Below are positions 26,943 to 36,753 of a stretch of DNA of 64,000 nt, one piece after another. Position numbers and translations under genes: made by a program. Positions within the stretch are counted from its first letter, which is position 1. Every line of letters starts with the position of its first letter. The stretch lies in assembly GCA_965248265.1 (NCBI GenBank), contig CBDFJF010000001.1, positions 2,752,001-2,816,000 on the forward strand. Reading direction: 5' to 3'. The notes under the pieces were generated by a model. The model made no database searches. It saw only the letters and a program-made list of their open reading frames with translations, and was not told where the DNA came from. This DNA is from Candidatus Latescibacterota bacterium (GTDB lineage Bacteria; Latescibacterota; UBA2968; UBA8231).

Positions 26943-27733
26943 GCGCCCACCGCTGAGTAGCGTCGAGCAGCGCGGTGCCAGCACAGATTTAGCACACCCA
27001 GCGCCAGGACCAGCCAAATCGCCTGAGCCGCCAGGCCGATCATCGCTTGAGATTGAGAAACACGGCCCAACAACAACTCCACCGGGAAAGAGACCATCCA
27101 GCGGAAGGGCAACGCCGAGGCACCCACCTGCACCCATTCCGGCATCAGGGACAATGGCGCCACCTTGCCCGTCAAAAACATTCCGGTCACCCAGTACAGA
27201 TTGTTCAACCCGGAGGTATCCGTGACCCAAAAGGCCAGTAGGGCAACGGTCCACTCGACCGCGAAACGCATCAAGAAAGCGAGGACGACCGCCGGGACGA
27301 ATGCGACTAGAGCCCAACCCGGTGTGTCGAAGGCGGGCTCGAAGTACCATGTCAGAAGACCGGCGGCTGGCACCACGACGACGAGGGTCAGCAGCTTGTA
27401 GGCGATGTTGCTTGTCAGATCCCGGTGGATGGGATGCAGGGGCTGCAGCAGCAGGGGAGAAAAAGAACCCGAGCGCACACGCCATCCCATTTCGTGCATG
27501 TGCCAATCGAAGGTAACATGGTTAACCACCATGAAGACGATGTAGTAGGCCGCCAGCCCCGGCTCGTCAAAATCGCCGACGCTGCCGTCTCGGGAACGTG
27601 CCACCGTGATCCAGACGACGAGATAGACGACAGGCTGCAGCATCAATCCCAGCAGCCAGATCAGCATGGCTGCCCTGTACTGCAACATGACGGCAAGTTC
27701 GGTACGCAACAGGGACGCGTAGATCCTTCGCAC
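26939..27733 (-). CDS. ABC-2 family permease
   Basis: GTG start overlaps the ATPase TAG; MLQYRAA, VRSGSFSPLLLQP, PLSLMPEW..LPFRWM..FPV, RYSAVGA. Confidence 0.85.
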   Translation of the reverse strand: MRRIYASLLRTELAVMLQYRAAMLIWLLGLMLQPVVYLVVWITVARSRDGSVGDFDEPGLAAYYIVFMVVNHVTFDWHMHEMGWRVRSGSFSPLLLQPLHPIHRDLTSNIAYKLLTLVVVVPAAGLLTWYFEPAFDTPGWALVAFVPAVVLAFLMRFAVEWTVALLAFWVTDTSGLNNLYWVTGMFLTGKVAPLSLMPEWVQVGASALPFRWMVSFPVELLLGRVSQSQAMIGLAAQAIWLVLALGVLNLCWHRAARRYSAVGA

Positions 27734-28719
27734 TATTCCGCTTCCTGAGCGAAGACTTGCTCGATGACTTCCTCGATCGGAGGCTCCTGCACGGTCAGGT
27801 CGATGACCGGCAGCGCCGACAGCAGCTGACCCGTCAAGCTCGCCGCCGTCTCTTTGGGTACCAGCAGTGTGACCCGGGTGCCGTCGTGGTCGACGACTTC
27901 GCCGTACGAGCTCAGGTCGAGGCCTTCTTGATCCAGCTCGACTACGATCGTCTTGCGGGGTGAGAATTTCTCCACCAAAGCGCTCAGGGCGCCGTCGAAC
28001 AGCAGCTGTCCGTGGTGGATGACGAGGACGCGTTCGCACAGCGCCTCGACATCGGCCATGTAGTGGCTGGTTAGCAACACGGTGGCATCATAGAGCTTGT
28101 TGTAGGCGCCGATGAAGCTGCGGATCCGACGCTGCATCGTGACATCCAGACCGAGCGTGGGCTCGTCCAGGAAGAGGATACGCGGACGGTGGAGGAGCGC
28201 CGCGGCGACCTCGCACTTCATGCGCTCTCCCAGCGACAGATTGCGTACCGGTTTCTGCAGCAACTCTCCCAAATCGAGCAGCTGCGAAAGCCCGTCGACG
28301 GTCTCCCGGAACTGAGCCATCGGTATGCGGTAGATGGCGCGGTTGCGCTCGAAGGAGTCCGACACCGGGATGTCCCAGACAAGCTGGTTGCGATTGCCCA
28401 TCACCAGGGTGATCTGGCGCAGGAAGGAGCGCTCGCGCTTGAAGGGCTCGGCGCCCAGCACACTCACGGCGCCCGCAGAGGGGTTCAGCAGGCCGGACAT
28501 CATCTTCAGAGTCGTCGTCTTGCCGGCTCCATTGGGACCGAGAAAACCGACGATCTCACCCGAAGCCACCTCGAATGAAATCTCCTTGACCGCCTCCACT
28601 TCTTCGGTGCGACGGCGCACGACGCTCTTGAGTGCCGCGGACAGTCCGGGGTCGCGGACCGGAATCCGGTAGTTCTTGGACAGGTTCCGTACTGAGATCG
28701 GGCTGGAATCAACTCCCAT
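27733..28719 (-). CDS. ABC transporter ATP-binding protein
   Basis: GPNGAGKTT, LSLGERMK, LFLDEPT, LTSH. Confidence 0.93.
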   Translation of the reverse strand: MGVDSSPISVRNLSKNYRIPVRDPGLSAALKSVVRRRTEEVEAVKEISFEVASGEIVGFLGPNGAGKTTTLKMMSGLLNPSAGAVSVLGAEPFKRERSFLRQITLVMGNRNQLVWDIPVSDSFERNRAIYRIPMAQFRETVDGLSQLLDLGELLQKPVRNLSLGERMKCEVAAALLHRPRILFLDEPTLGLDVTMQRRIRSFIGAYNKLYDATVLLTSHYMADVEALCERVLVIHHGQLLFDGALSALVEKFSPRKTIVVELDQEGLDLSSYGEVVDHDGTRVTLLVPKETAASLTGQLLSALPVIDLTVQEPPIEEVIEQVFAQEAE

Positions 28720-28723
28720 TTCC

Positions 28724-31700
28724 CTATCCTGACTTGAGGGCTGGTAGCAATTTGGCTTGCATCGCCAACAGAGCGGCGATGGCGGCGGACGCCATTCCGG
28801 CCGCGACCACGAGACCCAGCGTAACCGCGAGTGATTTCCACGGCATTGCGGTTCCTCCCAGGTGAGGCAACACGGCCGCCAGTGCGCACCCGGTGCCCAG
28901 AACGACTCCGGTCAGCAACAGAACCCCACTCTCGGTCAGCAGCATACGATAGAGTCGTGTACGGGTGAAGCCGAAGGCTCGCTGAACCGCCAGTTCCCCG
29001 GTGCGTTCGAGCGCATTTCTGATCGAGACGATGGCCAGGCCGAGTGTCCCCAGAAGGAGACCGAGGCCACCTAGTGTCTGGAAGGTCGAAAGGTAGGTGT
29101 TCTCGACAGCCTGGAAACGCGCCGCCCGTTCGCTCGCTGCCATGACGTCGAAACCGTATGCCTCCAGGTCACGCTCAAGATCAACTGCCAGTCCCGCTGC
29201 ATCGAGCTCGGCGGGGACGTCGAAGGCATAGAAACCGAACCCGGATTCGGCCGGGAAATAGCGTTCAAAATTCTCCATAGACATCAGCAGTTCACTCTGG
29301 AAGACGCTGCGATCCAGGAGTCCGACCAGGAGCAACTCAACCTGGGCGCCATCAGGATTGACGTCCAGGGTCAGTCGGTCTCCCACATCGAGATGTAGAA
29401 TCCATCGAGCGGAGTTGTAGTCACCGAACACGGGAATCGTGCCGGGGCCCAGGTCGAGGTTTAACAACGACCAGGGATTCTCTTTTGCGACAACAGCCTG
29501 TGGGAAGGATTCCACTTGCTTGAAGTGGAAGCCGCCCCGTTGAATGAATTCATCAGGTACGCCCAGAACACGGGGACGCTCGGGTCTGTAGAGATTGAGG
29601 CAGCTTGCATCTTCGCCGGATCTGTTGCGAAAGGCGAACACTCGTGACTGCGACAATACACTCTTGACCCCGAGGGACAGCGCCAGTTCGTCGCGGCCAC
29701 TGCTGGTGGTCAAGCTCTGAAAAAGCGGGATCTCCGTTTCGGCCAGCAGAGCGAATCCTCCCGTTGTCGCTACATCCTTGCCGACATCATCGAAATCCCT
29801 GCCGCTGGCGCCGACGGCGACGATGACGAAACAGGCACACGCTATCAGAGAGACGGCCAGCATGCTGCGGCCCGGGTGCCGGCCTATGTTGCGCACCCCC
29901 ATGCGCACCCCGATACCTCCCAGCGTCGATATGGAAGAGGCGTTGACACGGACGCGCCCCTTCATCCACGACGAACACACGCTCAAACCACATCCCAGAA
30001 GCGCCGCACCGCTGAAGAAGAACAACCCAGCTGCGTGACTCGAGTCCGCCCCATTCGCCAGAAGAGCCCCTGCACCAGCGCAGAGCGCAAACAGGACAGC
30101 CACCGGTGACCGCCTGCGCCCTGTTGACTGAATCGACAGTGAACTGGCGCTACCGGCGAGCAGGGAGCGTACCGGCAGGCGTGAGTAGCGGCGTACGGCC
30201 ACGAGGATGGAAGCGGCCACGATGACGACAGAAAAAACAAGGCCACCGACAAGGCTGCTCGCCTCAACGTGCAGTTGCAGATCGGGGGTGCCGACGGCGT
30301 CCTGCCACAGGTGGCGCAGACCCGCCAGCATTGCCCATCCGTAGCCAAGGGAGCCGGCCATGCCGATGATTCCGCCGACAAGGGCGAGAGCGATCCCCTC
30401 CAGCAGGAAACGACGCCGGACCAACGCAACCGTGAATCCGACGGCCATGAGCAACCCCAACTCGCGCAGTCGCTGCTCAACGTTGAGCCTGAAGAGCAAT
30501 ACCACCAGTAACAGGGCAGCGGTGATGATGAACAGGCTGAAGCCGATGAAGAGCATGCTGAAATCGGTGGCCCCCTCAGCTGCTCTCAACCCCTGCTCTC
30601 GTACTGGCTGGAAAACGAAGCCTGCCTGCTGTGGTCGCAGTTGCTGCAGCAAAGCCCGTTCAAACAGGGCGGTCGTCGTCGCCAAGTCATTGTCCGGTGC
30701 GGCGGCGATGCGAAACGAGGTCATCTCTCCAAAGCGGTTGCTCCACATTCGCGCCCCTGCCTCGATCCCGACGAAGGCCTTAGGCGTTGCGCCATGCTGT
30801 TCCCAATAGGCCTCGTCGCGCGCGCGTATGCGATTGAGGTCGACGGGAAACGGCGTTGACCAGTCCCCAATGTTGCGCGCTCCCTGAATACCGGGATAGT
30901 CGGGTGTAAGGCCGCGATCCGCCCCTGAGCCCGTCATCGCCACGACACCACTCACCCTTAACCGTGTGTGGCGGGTTTGCAGCTGTTCATCCGGGTCGAC
31001 GATGTAGTAGCTGAGTGTGACGGAATCTCCTGCTGCCACCGCCAGATCTTCAGCAACCCATTCATTCACCAGGATCTCGTTGTCGTTGAGGGTGGGAGCC
31101 CTGGAGCCATCCCTCAGCTCAAGGCGCCCCAAAGTACGCGCTGCCTGGTCCAGTACGCCGGGATCGAGTGCCGTAACGGTCGAATAGGGTACGGATCCGT
31201 CATCGCTGGCGATCGCTGTCGCCATGTAGGTGAACACGCTGGCGTGGGGGGCCTGAACCTCAAGTGCAGCACGGCCGGCGGCGGCGCTGCTCGCTGCATC
31301 GATGAGAAAGCGTCGGCTCTCCAGTACGGCAGCATCAGAACCGACCCGCACGAACAGTCCGTAGTCTTCCAGGGTGAGAGCGGCATCCAAGGCCGCGGCG
31401 AGCTGCCCGCATCCGTCACTGGAACCGTCCTCGGCCAGGAGCAAGGCGTTGACCTTCCCCTGACGATCCAGCGCGGTCTCCAGGTCGTCCAGCGGCACGA
31501 AAATGTTCAGCGGCTGCGCTTGATGTGGTTGCAAACCAAAACGTCCTAGGCCGTCGTCTTCGACAACACGACGCAGGCGCAGCCGCAGACGTTGCACCAC
31601 GTCCGCGGAAGCACGTCTGCCGAACAGTGATTCACGCGGCACGGCCGTCTGGCGTTGAAAGGCAACGATCAGATCGTCACCTACTCGTGCGCCCAGTTGC

Positions 31701-32122
31701 TGTTGCAGAGAACGGTTGATGATGGCGGGGGGAAAGACGACACGGGCGCTGGATGCTGCCGGACCGGTGAAATCGAGCTCACCTCCCAGCATCCGGGCAA
31801 GGGCGGGATCGGCTCCTACGATTTGAACACGGGACGCCCGGGCTCTGCTCTGCACGTGCACGGCAGTCCCTGCCAGCAAAGTGGCGGGAACCACCTGCGC
31901 TCCTGACACGGTGGCCAGGTCAGCGGCGACACTTGCTCGGAAGAAACGCTCCGACACCAGAGCCTGGTCGATGGCGCCCAGACGCTCCAGGGTGATCTGG
32001 CGCAGACTGCCCCTGACAGAATCCCCGACGATGAGAGCGCCGGTCAATACAGAGGTCGCCACGGCGGCCCCGAGCGCCACCGACACGCTCAGACCGCGGT
32101 AGTACCTCAGACTTCGAAGCAC
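28724..32122 (-). CDS. Large duplicated MacB/FtsX-type ABC permease
   Basis: Two FtsX-like TM blocks (QRLRELGLLMAVGF; ERTGELAVQRAFGF) with large periplasmic domains. Confidence 0.85.
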   Translation of the reverse strand: MLRSLRYYRGLSVSVALGAAVATSVLTGALIVGDSVRGSLRQITLERLGAIDQALVSERFFRASVAADLATVSGAQVVPATLLAGTAVHVQSRARASRVQIVGADPALARMLGGELDFTGPAASSARVVFPPAIINRSLQQQLGARVGDDLIVAFQRQTAVPRESLFGRRASADVVQRLRLRLRRVVEDDGLGRFGLQPHQAQPLNIFVPLDDLETALDRQGKVNALLLAEDGSSDGCGQLAAALDAALTLEDYGLFVRVGSDAAVLESRRFLIDAASSAAAGRAALEVQAPHASVFTYMATAIASDDGSVPYSTVTALDPGVLDQAARTLGRLELRDGSRAPTLNDNEILVNEWVAEDLAVAAGDSVTLSYYIVDPDEQLQTRHTRLRVSGVVAMTGSGADRGLTPDYPGIQGARNIGDWSTPFPVDLNRIRARDEAYWEQHGATPKAFVGIEAGARMWSNRFGEMTSFRIAAAPDNDLATTTALFERALLQQLRPQQAGFVFQPVREQGLRAAEGATDFSMLFIGFSLFIITAALLLVVLLFRLNVEQRLRELGLLMAVGFTVALVRRRFLLEGIALALVGGIIGMAGSLGYGWAMLAGLRHLWQDAVGTPDLQLHVEASSLVGGLVFSVVIVAASILVAVRRYSRLPVRSLLAGSASSLSIQSTGRRRSPVAVLFALCAGAGALLANGADSSHAAGLFFFSGAALLGCGLSVCSSWMKGRVRVNASSISTLGGIGVRMGVRNIGRHPGRSMLAVSLIACACFVIVAVGASGRDFDDVGKDVATTGGFALLAETEIPLFQSLTTSSGRDELALSLGVKSVLSQSRVFAFRNRSGEDASCLNLYRPERPRVLGVPDEFIQRGGFHFKQVESFPQAVVAKENPWSLLNLDLGPGTIPVFGDYNSARWILHLDVGDRLTLDVNPDGAQVELLLVGLLDRSVFQSELLMSMENFERYFPAESGFGFYAFDVPAELDAAGLAVDLERDLEAYGFDVMAASERAARFQAVENTYLSTFQTLGGLGLLLGTLGLAIVSIRNALERTGELAVQRAFGFTRTRLYRMLLTESGVLLLTGVVLGTGCALAAVLPHLGGTAMPWKSLAVTLGLVVAAGMASAAIAALLAMQAKLLPALKSG

Positions 32123-32823
32123 TGACCGTCTCTCAACTCCAACCGGCGGCCGCAGCGCGCGGCGATGTCCATACTATGACTGACGACGATGAGCATGTTA
32201 TCCTCAGCCCGGTGAAGCTCGAACAAGAGTCCGGCAACAGCTTCGGCCGTGGAGTGGTCGAGGTTACCGGTCGGCTCGTCGCACAGGAGCAACCCGGGAC
32301 GATTCATCAGGGCCCGTGCCACGGCCGCACGTTGACATTCCCCACCCGAAAGCTCGGCTGGCGTATGGTGTGCCCGTTCTTCCAGGCCGACACCCTCCAG
32401 CAATTCCAGCCCGCGTGCACGCGCATCGGCATCGATGCGAGCAAAGGCCAGCACCGGCATGAGTACGTTTTCGAGCACGGAGTACTGCGGCAGCAACTGA
32501 TGATTCTGGAAGACAAAACCGATGCCCCGGTTTCTGAAGCGTGCCAACGCACCCTCTTGCAGAGAGAAAGGATCCTCGCCGTCAATGTCGATGTGCCCGT
32601 CGCTGGGTGGTTCCAAGGTGCCGATGATGTGGAGAAGGGTGCTCTTTCCAGAACCGGAGGGCCCGGTTATCGCCATCGACTCTCCAGCTTGCAAGCTGAA
32701 GCTAATGCCCTCGAGAACCCGTACCTCATCTTGCCCGCGGTCGAAGCCCTTGCACAGAGAGGCAACCTCCAGACTGGCCGGTCGATGATCCATAAGCCGC
32801 GATGGATGATCCATGAAGGTCAC
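32107..32823 (-). CDS. LolD/MacB-type ABC ATPase
   Basis: GPSGSGKST, IGFVFQNHQLL, LSGGECQR, LCDEPTGNLD. Confidence 0.93.
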   Translation of the reverse strand: MTFMDHPSRLMDHRPASLEVASLCKGFDRGQDEVRVLEGISFSLQAGESMAITGPSGSGKSTLLHIIGTLEPPSDGHIDIDGEDPFSLQEGALARFRNRGIGFVFQNHQLLPQYSVLENVLMPVLAFARIDADARARGLELLEGVGLEERAHHTPAELSGGECQRAAVARALMNRPGLLLCDEPTGNLDHSTAEAVAGLLFELHRAEDNMLIVVSHSMDIAARCGRRLELRDGQCFEV

Positions 32824-32831
32824 GGTGGCTG

Positions 32832-33257
32832 TCAGGCCGGCTTTGCTTCTATCTTGCCGCGTATCCCTGGGGGGATGGTGATCGCCTTCATCTCCTCACC
32901 TGGGTTGCAGCGGCAGCAGACTACGGTCAATTCGCCGTGCGCGATCTCAGTCTCCCCTCTCGAAAAGAGAAACTCGTAGGTCATCGATTTGTCGCCGATG
33001 CGGCGGACAGTCAGGTGGATGTCGAGTTCCTCTTCGAAATAGGCTGGGTTGGAGAAGGTGCACGACGACGCCAGACGCGGCCATCCGATGGTGTTGCCAT
33101 CCTCATCTTCTCCCCCGTGCACACACAACCCAAGCGAGCGCAGGAACTCGTGCTCTGCCTGCTCCATCAGAACGTAGAATCGGGAGAAGTGAACGATCCC
33201 GGCCATGTCGGTGTCGACGAACTCGATGCGACGCCGAGTGTCGTATTCATGAGCCAT
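32832..33257 (-). CDS. Hotdog-fold acyl-CoA thioesterase (4HBT/YbgC family)
   Basis: IEFVDTDMAGIVHFSRFYVLMEQAEHEF. Confidence 0.88.
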   Translation of the reverse strand: MAHEYDTRRRIEFVDTDMAGIVHFSRFYVLMEQAEHEFLRSLGLCVHGGEDEDGNTIGWPRLASSCTFSNPAYFEEELDIHLTVRRIGDKSMTYEFLFSRGETEIAHGELTVVCCRCNPGEEMKAITIPPGIRGKIEAKPA

Positions 33258-33275
33258 GAAGCCAGATCCCTCCGA

Positions 33276-33743
33276 TCAGGTTGGCCGGAACAGCGTCACC
33301 AGACAGGCGCCGGTGGCCGCCATGGCGATACCGAGGACAAAGGGCCAGTTCAGCGTGGCCAACCCACCGGCCGGCGGGTGCACGATCATCGCCAGTACGG
33401 CGTTGACGATGGGTGCCCCGGCGAAGACGATCGACATCACTACCGGAGGCGTGCCCTTGGCACCGAACGCCAGGATGACTCCCAGGGCGCCAAGGGCGCC
33501 GGCAATGCCGGCTGCCGTGCTCCACACCACTCCCCTGCTGGCGAAACTCCAATCGGCATCGTTCAGTTTGAGGATCAACAGTGAACCCAGAACACCGGCC
33601 ATCAGGTAGGCCAGACCGACGAACAGGAAGGCCTTGTAGCGACCGTTGATCGGATCCCCCATCGCCATCTGGCCCGTGTGCAGGAGGACGCCGTAGGTCC
33701 CCCAGCACAACACACTCATACCTGCAAAGATATACCAGGTCAT
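33276..33743 (-). CDS. Small 4-5 TM membrane protein (half-DMT-like)
   Basis: WGTYGVLLH, GALGALGVILAF, VMSIVFAGAPIVNA; strong GGAGGGGG RBS. Confidence 0.75.
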   Translation of the reverse strand: MTWYIFAGMSVLCWGTYGVLLHTGQMAMGDPINGRYKAFLFVGLAYLMAGVLGSLLILKLNDADWSFASRGVVWSTAAGIAGALGALGVILAFGAKGTPPVVMSIVFAGAPIVNAVLAMIVHPPAGGLATLNWPFVLGIAMAATGACLVTLFRPT

Positions 33744-33773
33744 TTCCCCCTCCCCTTTTCTCTTGTTGCTGCG

Positions 33774-35063
33774 TCAGACGAACTGCTCGTAGACCCTTCG
33801 TGTTTCCCGTGCCATGATCTGAGCTGAGAACGACTCATGGATGGTTGTCATTCCCCTGCTGCCGATTTCACGGCGCCTTGGGGCATCGTTCAACAGCTGC
33901 TCGATCCCTTCCGCCAGCGACTCGGGCGAGTTGGCCTGGACCAGGATGCCGCCGCCCGTCCACTCAATCAGCTCGGGAAAGCTCCCGTGGCGTGGCTGCA
34001 CCACCGGGACACCGTTGGCCAGTGCCTCTAGAACGTAAAGACCTTTCGGATCCTCATAGACCGTGGGGACAGAGAGCATGTCCAGTGACTGCAGAAAGCG
34101 CAGCTTGTCGCCGCGATCGACTTCGCCGACGAACTCCACTGAACCCTCAAGTCCGGCAGAGCGAAGACGCTCCACCACCTTCGTATAGTACATCCGGTCG
34201 CCTCGACCGAGCCAGCCTGCTACCCGCAGACGCACGGGGACGGGTGCGGCGCGCTGCGCCACCAGCTGGTAGGCATCCGCTAAAAGGTGCAGACCTTTTT
34301 CCGGGGCGATGCGAGCGAGATAGCCGATGGTAAAGGGCGAATCGGGACGATTCTCAGCGACGCCGCATCCAGACAGATTCACCCCCAGTTTCACCAGATG
34401 AAAGCGCGATGCAGGTAGCGCCAGGTAGTCACTCATGAAATCGGAGTACCACTGGCAGGGCGAGATGATGCCATCGATGTCCTGCGACCTGGCCTGGAGC
34501 GTCGTGTGGGCGACGGATCGACAGGGCTCCACCAGAGCGTCGAGGAACAGCTCCTCCCCCTGGATGCTGCAAAGGACCGGTACGCCCAGCTGCTCCTTGA
34601 GGTAACGGGCCATGCCCGAGAACATGGAATTGGTGAGATGAACGATGTCCGGATTTACCTCGTCGCGGATCCAATCGACCAGGCGCCGCAATTCCTTCTT
34701 CTGATGACCGGTCTCGCCGTTGAGGACGGAAACGGTCAGGCCTCCAAGGTCTGTGGCGCTGGTGCTGGCACTGAATGTGTTCGACACCCAGCGCAACAGC
34801 GACGGACGGTCAAACAGCCAGTCTACCATCCGTGGTGTATGGCGGAACAGGGACAGCTTCTCCTGGAGGAAGACATTGACGCCACCGTAAAAAATGTTCC
34901 CCTCGACGCTGACGCCGTCTTCGTCCGTGCGCAGTGGTGTGTAAGTGGGGATCAGCGTCACCTCGGTGCCCTGTTGCAGCAGCGCGGCGGCGAGGGTGTT
35001 GTCGTGGATGCAGCTGCCGCAGTACATGCCCCCGGCCCCGGCGGCGATGTAGGCGACCCGCAT
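33774..35063 (-). CDS. GT4 family glycosyltransferase
   Basis: ATG overlaps the upstream TGA; MRVAYIAAGAGGMYCGSC; GYLARIAPEKG; EDPKGLYVLEALANGVPVV. Confidence 0.88.
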   Translation of the reverse strand: MRVAYIAAGAGGMYCGSCIHDNTLAAALLQQGTEVTLIPTYTPLRTDEDGVSVEGNIFYGGVNVFLQEKLSLFRHTPRMVDWLFDRPSLLRWVSNTFSASTSATDLGGLTVSVLNGETGHQKKELRRLVDWIRDEVNPDIVHLTNSMFSGMARYLKEQLGVPVLCSIQGEELFLDALVEPCRSVAHTTLQARSQDIDGIISPCQWYSDFMSDYLALPASRFHLVKLGVNLSGCGVAENRPDSPFTIGYLARIAPEKGLHLLADAYQLVAQRAAPVPVRLRVAGWLGRGDRMYYTKVVERLRSAGLEGSVEFVGEVDRGDKLRFLQSLDMLSVPTVYEDPKGLYVLEALANGVPVVQPRHGSFPELIEWTGGGILVQANSPESLAEGIEQLLNDAPRRREIGSRGMTTIHESFSAQIMARETRRVYEQFV

Positions 35064-36526
35064 CAGTTTGACGGAAAGAACCGGTCGACGACGCTCTTGT
35101 CCGGTGGTCGAGTGAGTAGCGATCCGACGATCATGGCCACCGTCGAGGCCGCCAGAATCACGGCAACGGGCATGATGCCGGTGTCGCCGAGGGTGTGACC
35201 GGGGGACTCCCATCCTATCTGGAAGAAGTAGGTCCACAGGCAAGCCACCGTGACCAGCGCCGCAGCAGCGCCGTACTTCGTGCTGCGCCTCCAGAACAGG
35301 GCGGCCGCAACCAGGGGGAAGAGGGCGGCGAAACCCGTGAAGGACCACACTCCAAGTTTGAAAATACTGCGGTCCGTCGTCAGCGATAGGATGTAGGTGA
35401 CGACGAGAACGAGGGCGACGAAGAGCCGGCCGTAGAGCACCTGCTGTCGCTCACTCATGTGGTCTCGAAAACCGTAGTGGCGGACAATGTCTTGAGTAAA
35501 CATTGTCCCTATCGAGAGCACCTGCGAATCGAGTGATGACATCACCGCGGCGAATACCCCTGCTGCGAGCAGGCCCGCCAGAATCTCGGGAGCGTGCATG
35601 TCGATGACGCGTATGAGAATCGAGTTGGCTGCCGGACCCTTGAGATTCGGAAAATCGATGCGGCCGATGATACCGAGGGTGACACTCGGGATCCACACGG
35701 CGGCGATACAGATGGGATAGATCTTGAGCGGAACCCGGAAGGTCTGGGCGCGGCGAGCCGTCAGCCAGTGCATGAACATGTGCGGGAACATTCCGACGGA
35801 CAGAGGGATGCAGGTGTAGGTCAGCAGCTTCAATGGCTTGATCTGCTCCCCGCGAATGAGGAGGTCCGGATGACTCTCGGATACCGTCTTCATCGCCTGA
35901 TGCAGTCCGCCGTGCTGATGAAGAATGAAGAAGAAGGCGGTCCCGCCGAGGATGACGAAGACGAGTGTTTGAAAGGCGTTGGCCCAGGCGGTTCCGCGCA
36001 GCCCGCCGTAGCAGACGTAGGTCAGGACGACGAGACAAACCAACAGTCCCCCGACCCATTCCGGCACATCGCCTTTGGTGATTTGATGCAGGGTGATGCC
36101 GCCACCGGACACCCCGATGAGGAGGTAGGGGATGAGCAGGGCAATGAGGACGATGAAGAGTGCCAGTCCGAGCGAGTCTGAGCCCCAACGCTGGCGGAAG
36201 TACTGCACTTGAGTGAGTAGACCGAGTCGCTTTCCCAATGCCCACACGCGAGTGCCAACGAAGAAGAAGACGCAGGGAATGATCAACGCCGAGGACGAGG
36301 CCATCAGGCCGAACACAACGATGCCCTCGTGGTAGGCCTCCCCTGACGCGCCAAGAATGGCGAAGGCAGTCATGTTGGTACCAAAGAGCGACATCAGCAG
36401 CAGGAACGGACCGATCGAGCGACTGGCGACGAAGTAGTCTTCCCCCGTGCCGCGAAAGAGGCGGTGACTCAGGCTACCGATGGCGACTACCAGACACAGG
36501 TAGAGGATGATGATGGTCAGCGTCAT
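35063..36526 (-). CDS. Sodium:solute symporter (SSS family)
   Basis: EDYFVASRSIG, YGGLRGTAW, AAVMSSLDSQVL; ~13 TM helices. Confidence 0.9.
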   Translation of the reverse strand: MTLTIIILYLCLVVAIGSLSHRLFRGTGEDYFVASRSIGPFLLLMSLFGTNMTAFAILGASGEAYHEGIVVFGLMASSSALIIPCVFFFVGTRVWALGKRLGLLTQVQYFRQRWGSDSLGLALFIVLIALLIPYLLIGVSGGGITLHQITKGDVPEWVGGLLVCLVVLTYVCYGGLRGTAWANAFQTLVFVILGGTAFFFILHQHGGLHQAMKTVSESHPDLLIRGEQIKPLKLLTYTCIPLSVGMFPHMFMHWLTARRAQTFRVPLKIYPICIAAVWIPSVTLGIIGRIDFPNLKGPAANSILIRVIDMHAPEILAGLLAAGVFAAVMSSLDSQVLSIGTMFTQDIVRHYGFRDHMSERQQVLYGRLFVALVLVVTYILSLTTDRSIFKLGVWSFTGFAALFPLVAAALFWRRSTKYGAAAALVTVACLWTYFFQIGWESPGHTLGDTGIMPVAVILAASTVAMIVGSLLTRPPDKSVVDRFFPSN

Positions 36527-36753
36527 GGCGCCTCGTCATCCTCCTCGTCGACTTCCAGATGTTCAGGCCAGGCGTAAGTGACCAGCAGGGTCAGCATCAC
36601 GGCGGCGGCCAAACAGAACAGGATGTGGTAGACGAAACCAACGGGTAAGCCGGCAACCAGGCCGGCATCGTGCCACAACCACAGGTCATTGTGGAGCAGG
36701 TACAGGAGGAAGGCCATGAGGTAGAGCAGCCCACGTGAGACCGAATTGCTCAT
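36523..36753 (-). CDS. Small 2-TM SSS partner protein (DUF3311-like)
   Basis: LHNDLWLW...GLPVGFVYH; directly upstream of and overlapping the SSS gene. Confidence 0.75.
   Translation of the reverse strand: MSNSVSRGLLYLMAFLLYLLHNDLWLWHDAGLVAGLPVGFVYHILFCLAAAVMLTLLVTYAWPEHLEVDEEDDEAP

Noticed and set aside
26157-28039. Long N-terminal extensions in the ORF track (27506 and 28039; also 35348, 25620, 13825, 13541)
   Set aside because: They overlap neighbouring genes; internal starts coupled to upstream stops or matching family N-termini fit better
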